From Octopus vulgaris (taxonomy: Eukaryota): 64,000 bases of DNA. The notes beneath the pieces were generated by a model. The model saw only the letters and a list, made by a program, of their open reading frames with translations. It was not told the DNA's origin and ran no database searches. Made by a program: the position numbers and the translations under genes. Positions 63,923 through 64,000 of this stretch are shown one piece after another (positions within the stretch are counted from its first letter, which is position 1; every line of letters begins with the position of its first letter). The stretch lies in NCBI GenBank assembly GCA_951406725.2, contig OX597815.1, forward strand, positions 33,046,001 through 33,110,000, written 5' to 3'.

Positions 63923-64000
63923 TTGTGTGTGTGTGTGTATGTTTGTGTGTCTGTGTTTTCCCCCTTACATTGCTTGACAACTGATGCTGGTGTGTTTACG
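63662..64000 (+). mobile_element. CORE-like SINE running off the window end
   Basis: gtaggagtggctgtgtggtaag..ccttgggcaagtgtcttc, then (TA)n(TG)n. Confidence 0.85.

Overview
Eukaryotic, AT-rich, microsatellite-dense DNA. The SINE families and repeat landscape suggest a cephalopod (octopus-like) genome; this is an inference. The only host gene I can support is the last two coding exons of a CCAP/neuropeptide-S-type GPCR on the minus strand (37312-37483 and 35733-35985). The rest is mostly mobile DNA: two mariners, a DD37D Tc1/mariner, a Merlin fragment, L1/Tx1, RTE and CR1 LINE fragments, a tandem train of R4/Dong-type elements in (AAT)n, a Gypsy pol fragment, a Helitron, a MITE, many SINEs, and at least eight Penelope-like element (PLE) pieces. 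One PLE has an intact 952-aa RT+GIY-YIG ORF. The PLE terminal repeats carry several recognisable type I hammerhead ribozymes. The most striking observation is in two unrelated PLE-type repeat families (44562-44627 and 45425-45490 on +, 40693-40753 on -). Both contain all three hammerhead strands with pairable stems, but in an order that is not type I, II or III, so they are candidate non-circularly permuted (pseudoknotted) hammerheads. Several templated inversions and hairpins are also visible. Most long ORFs in the supplied track are microsatellite artefacts.
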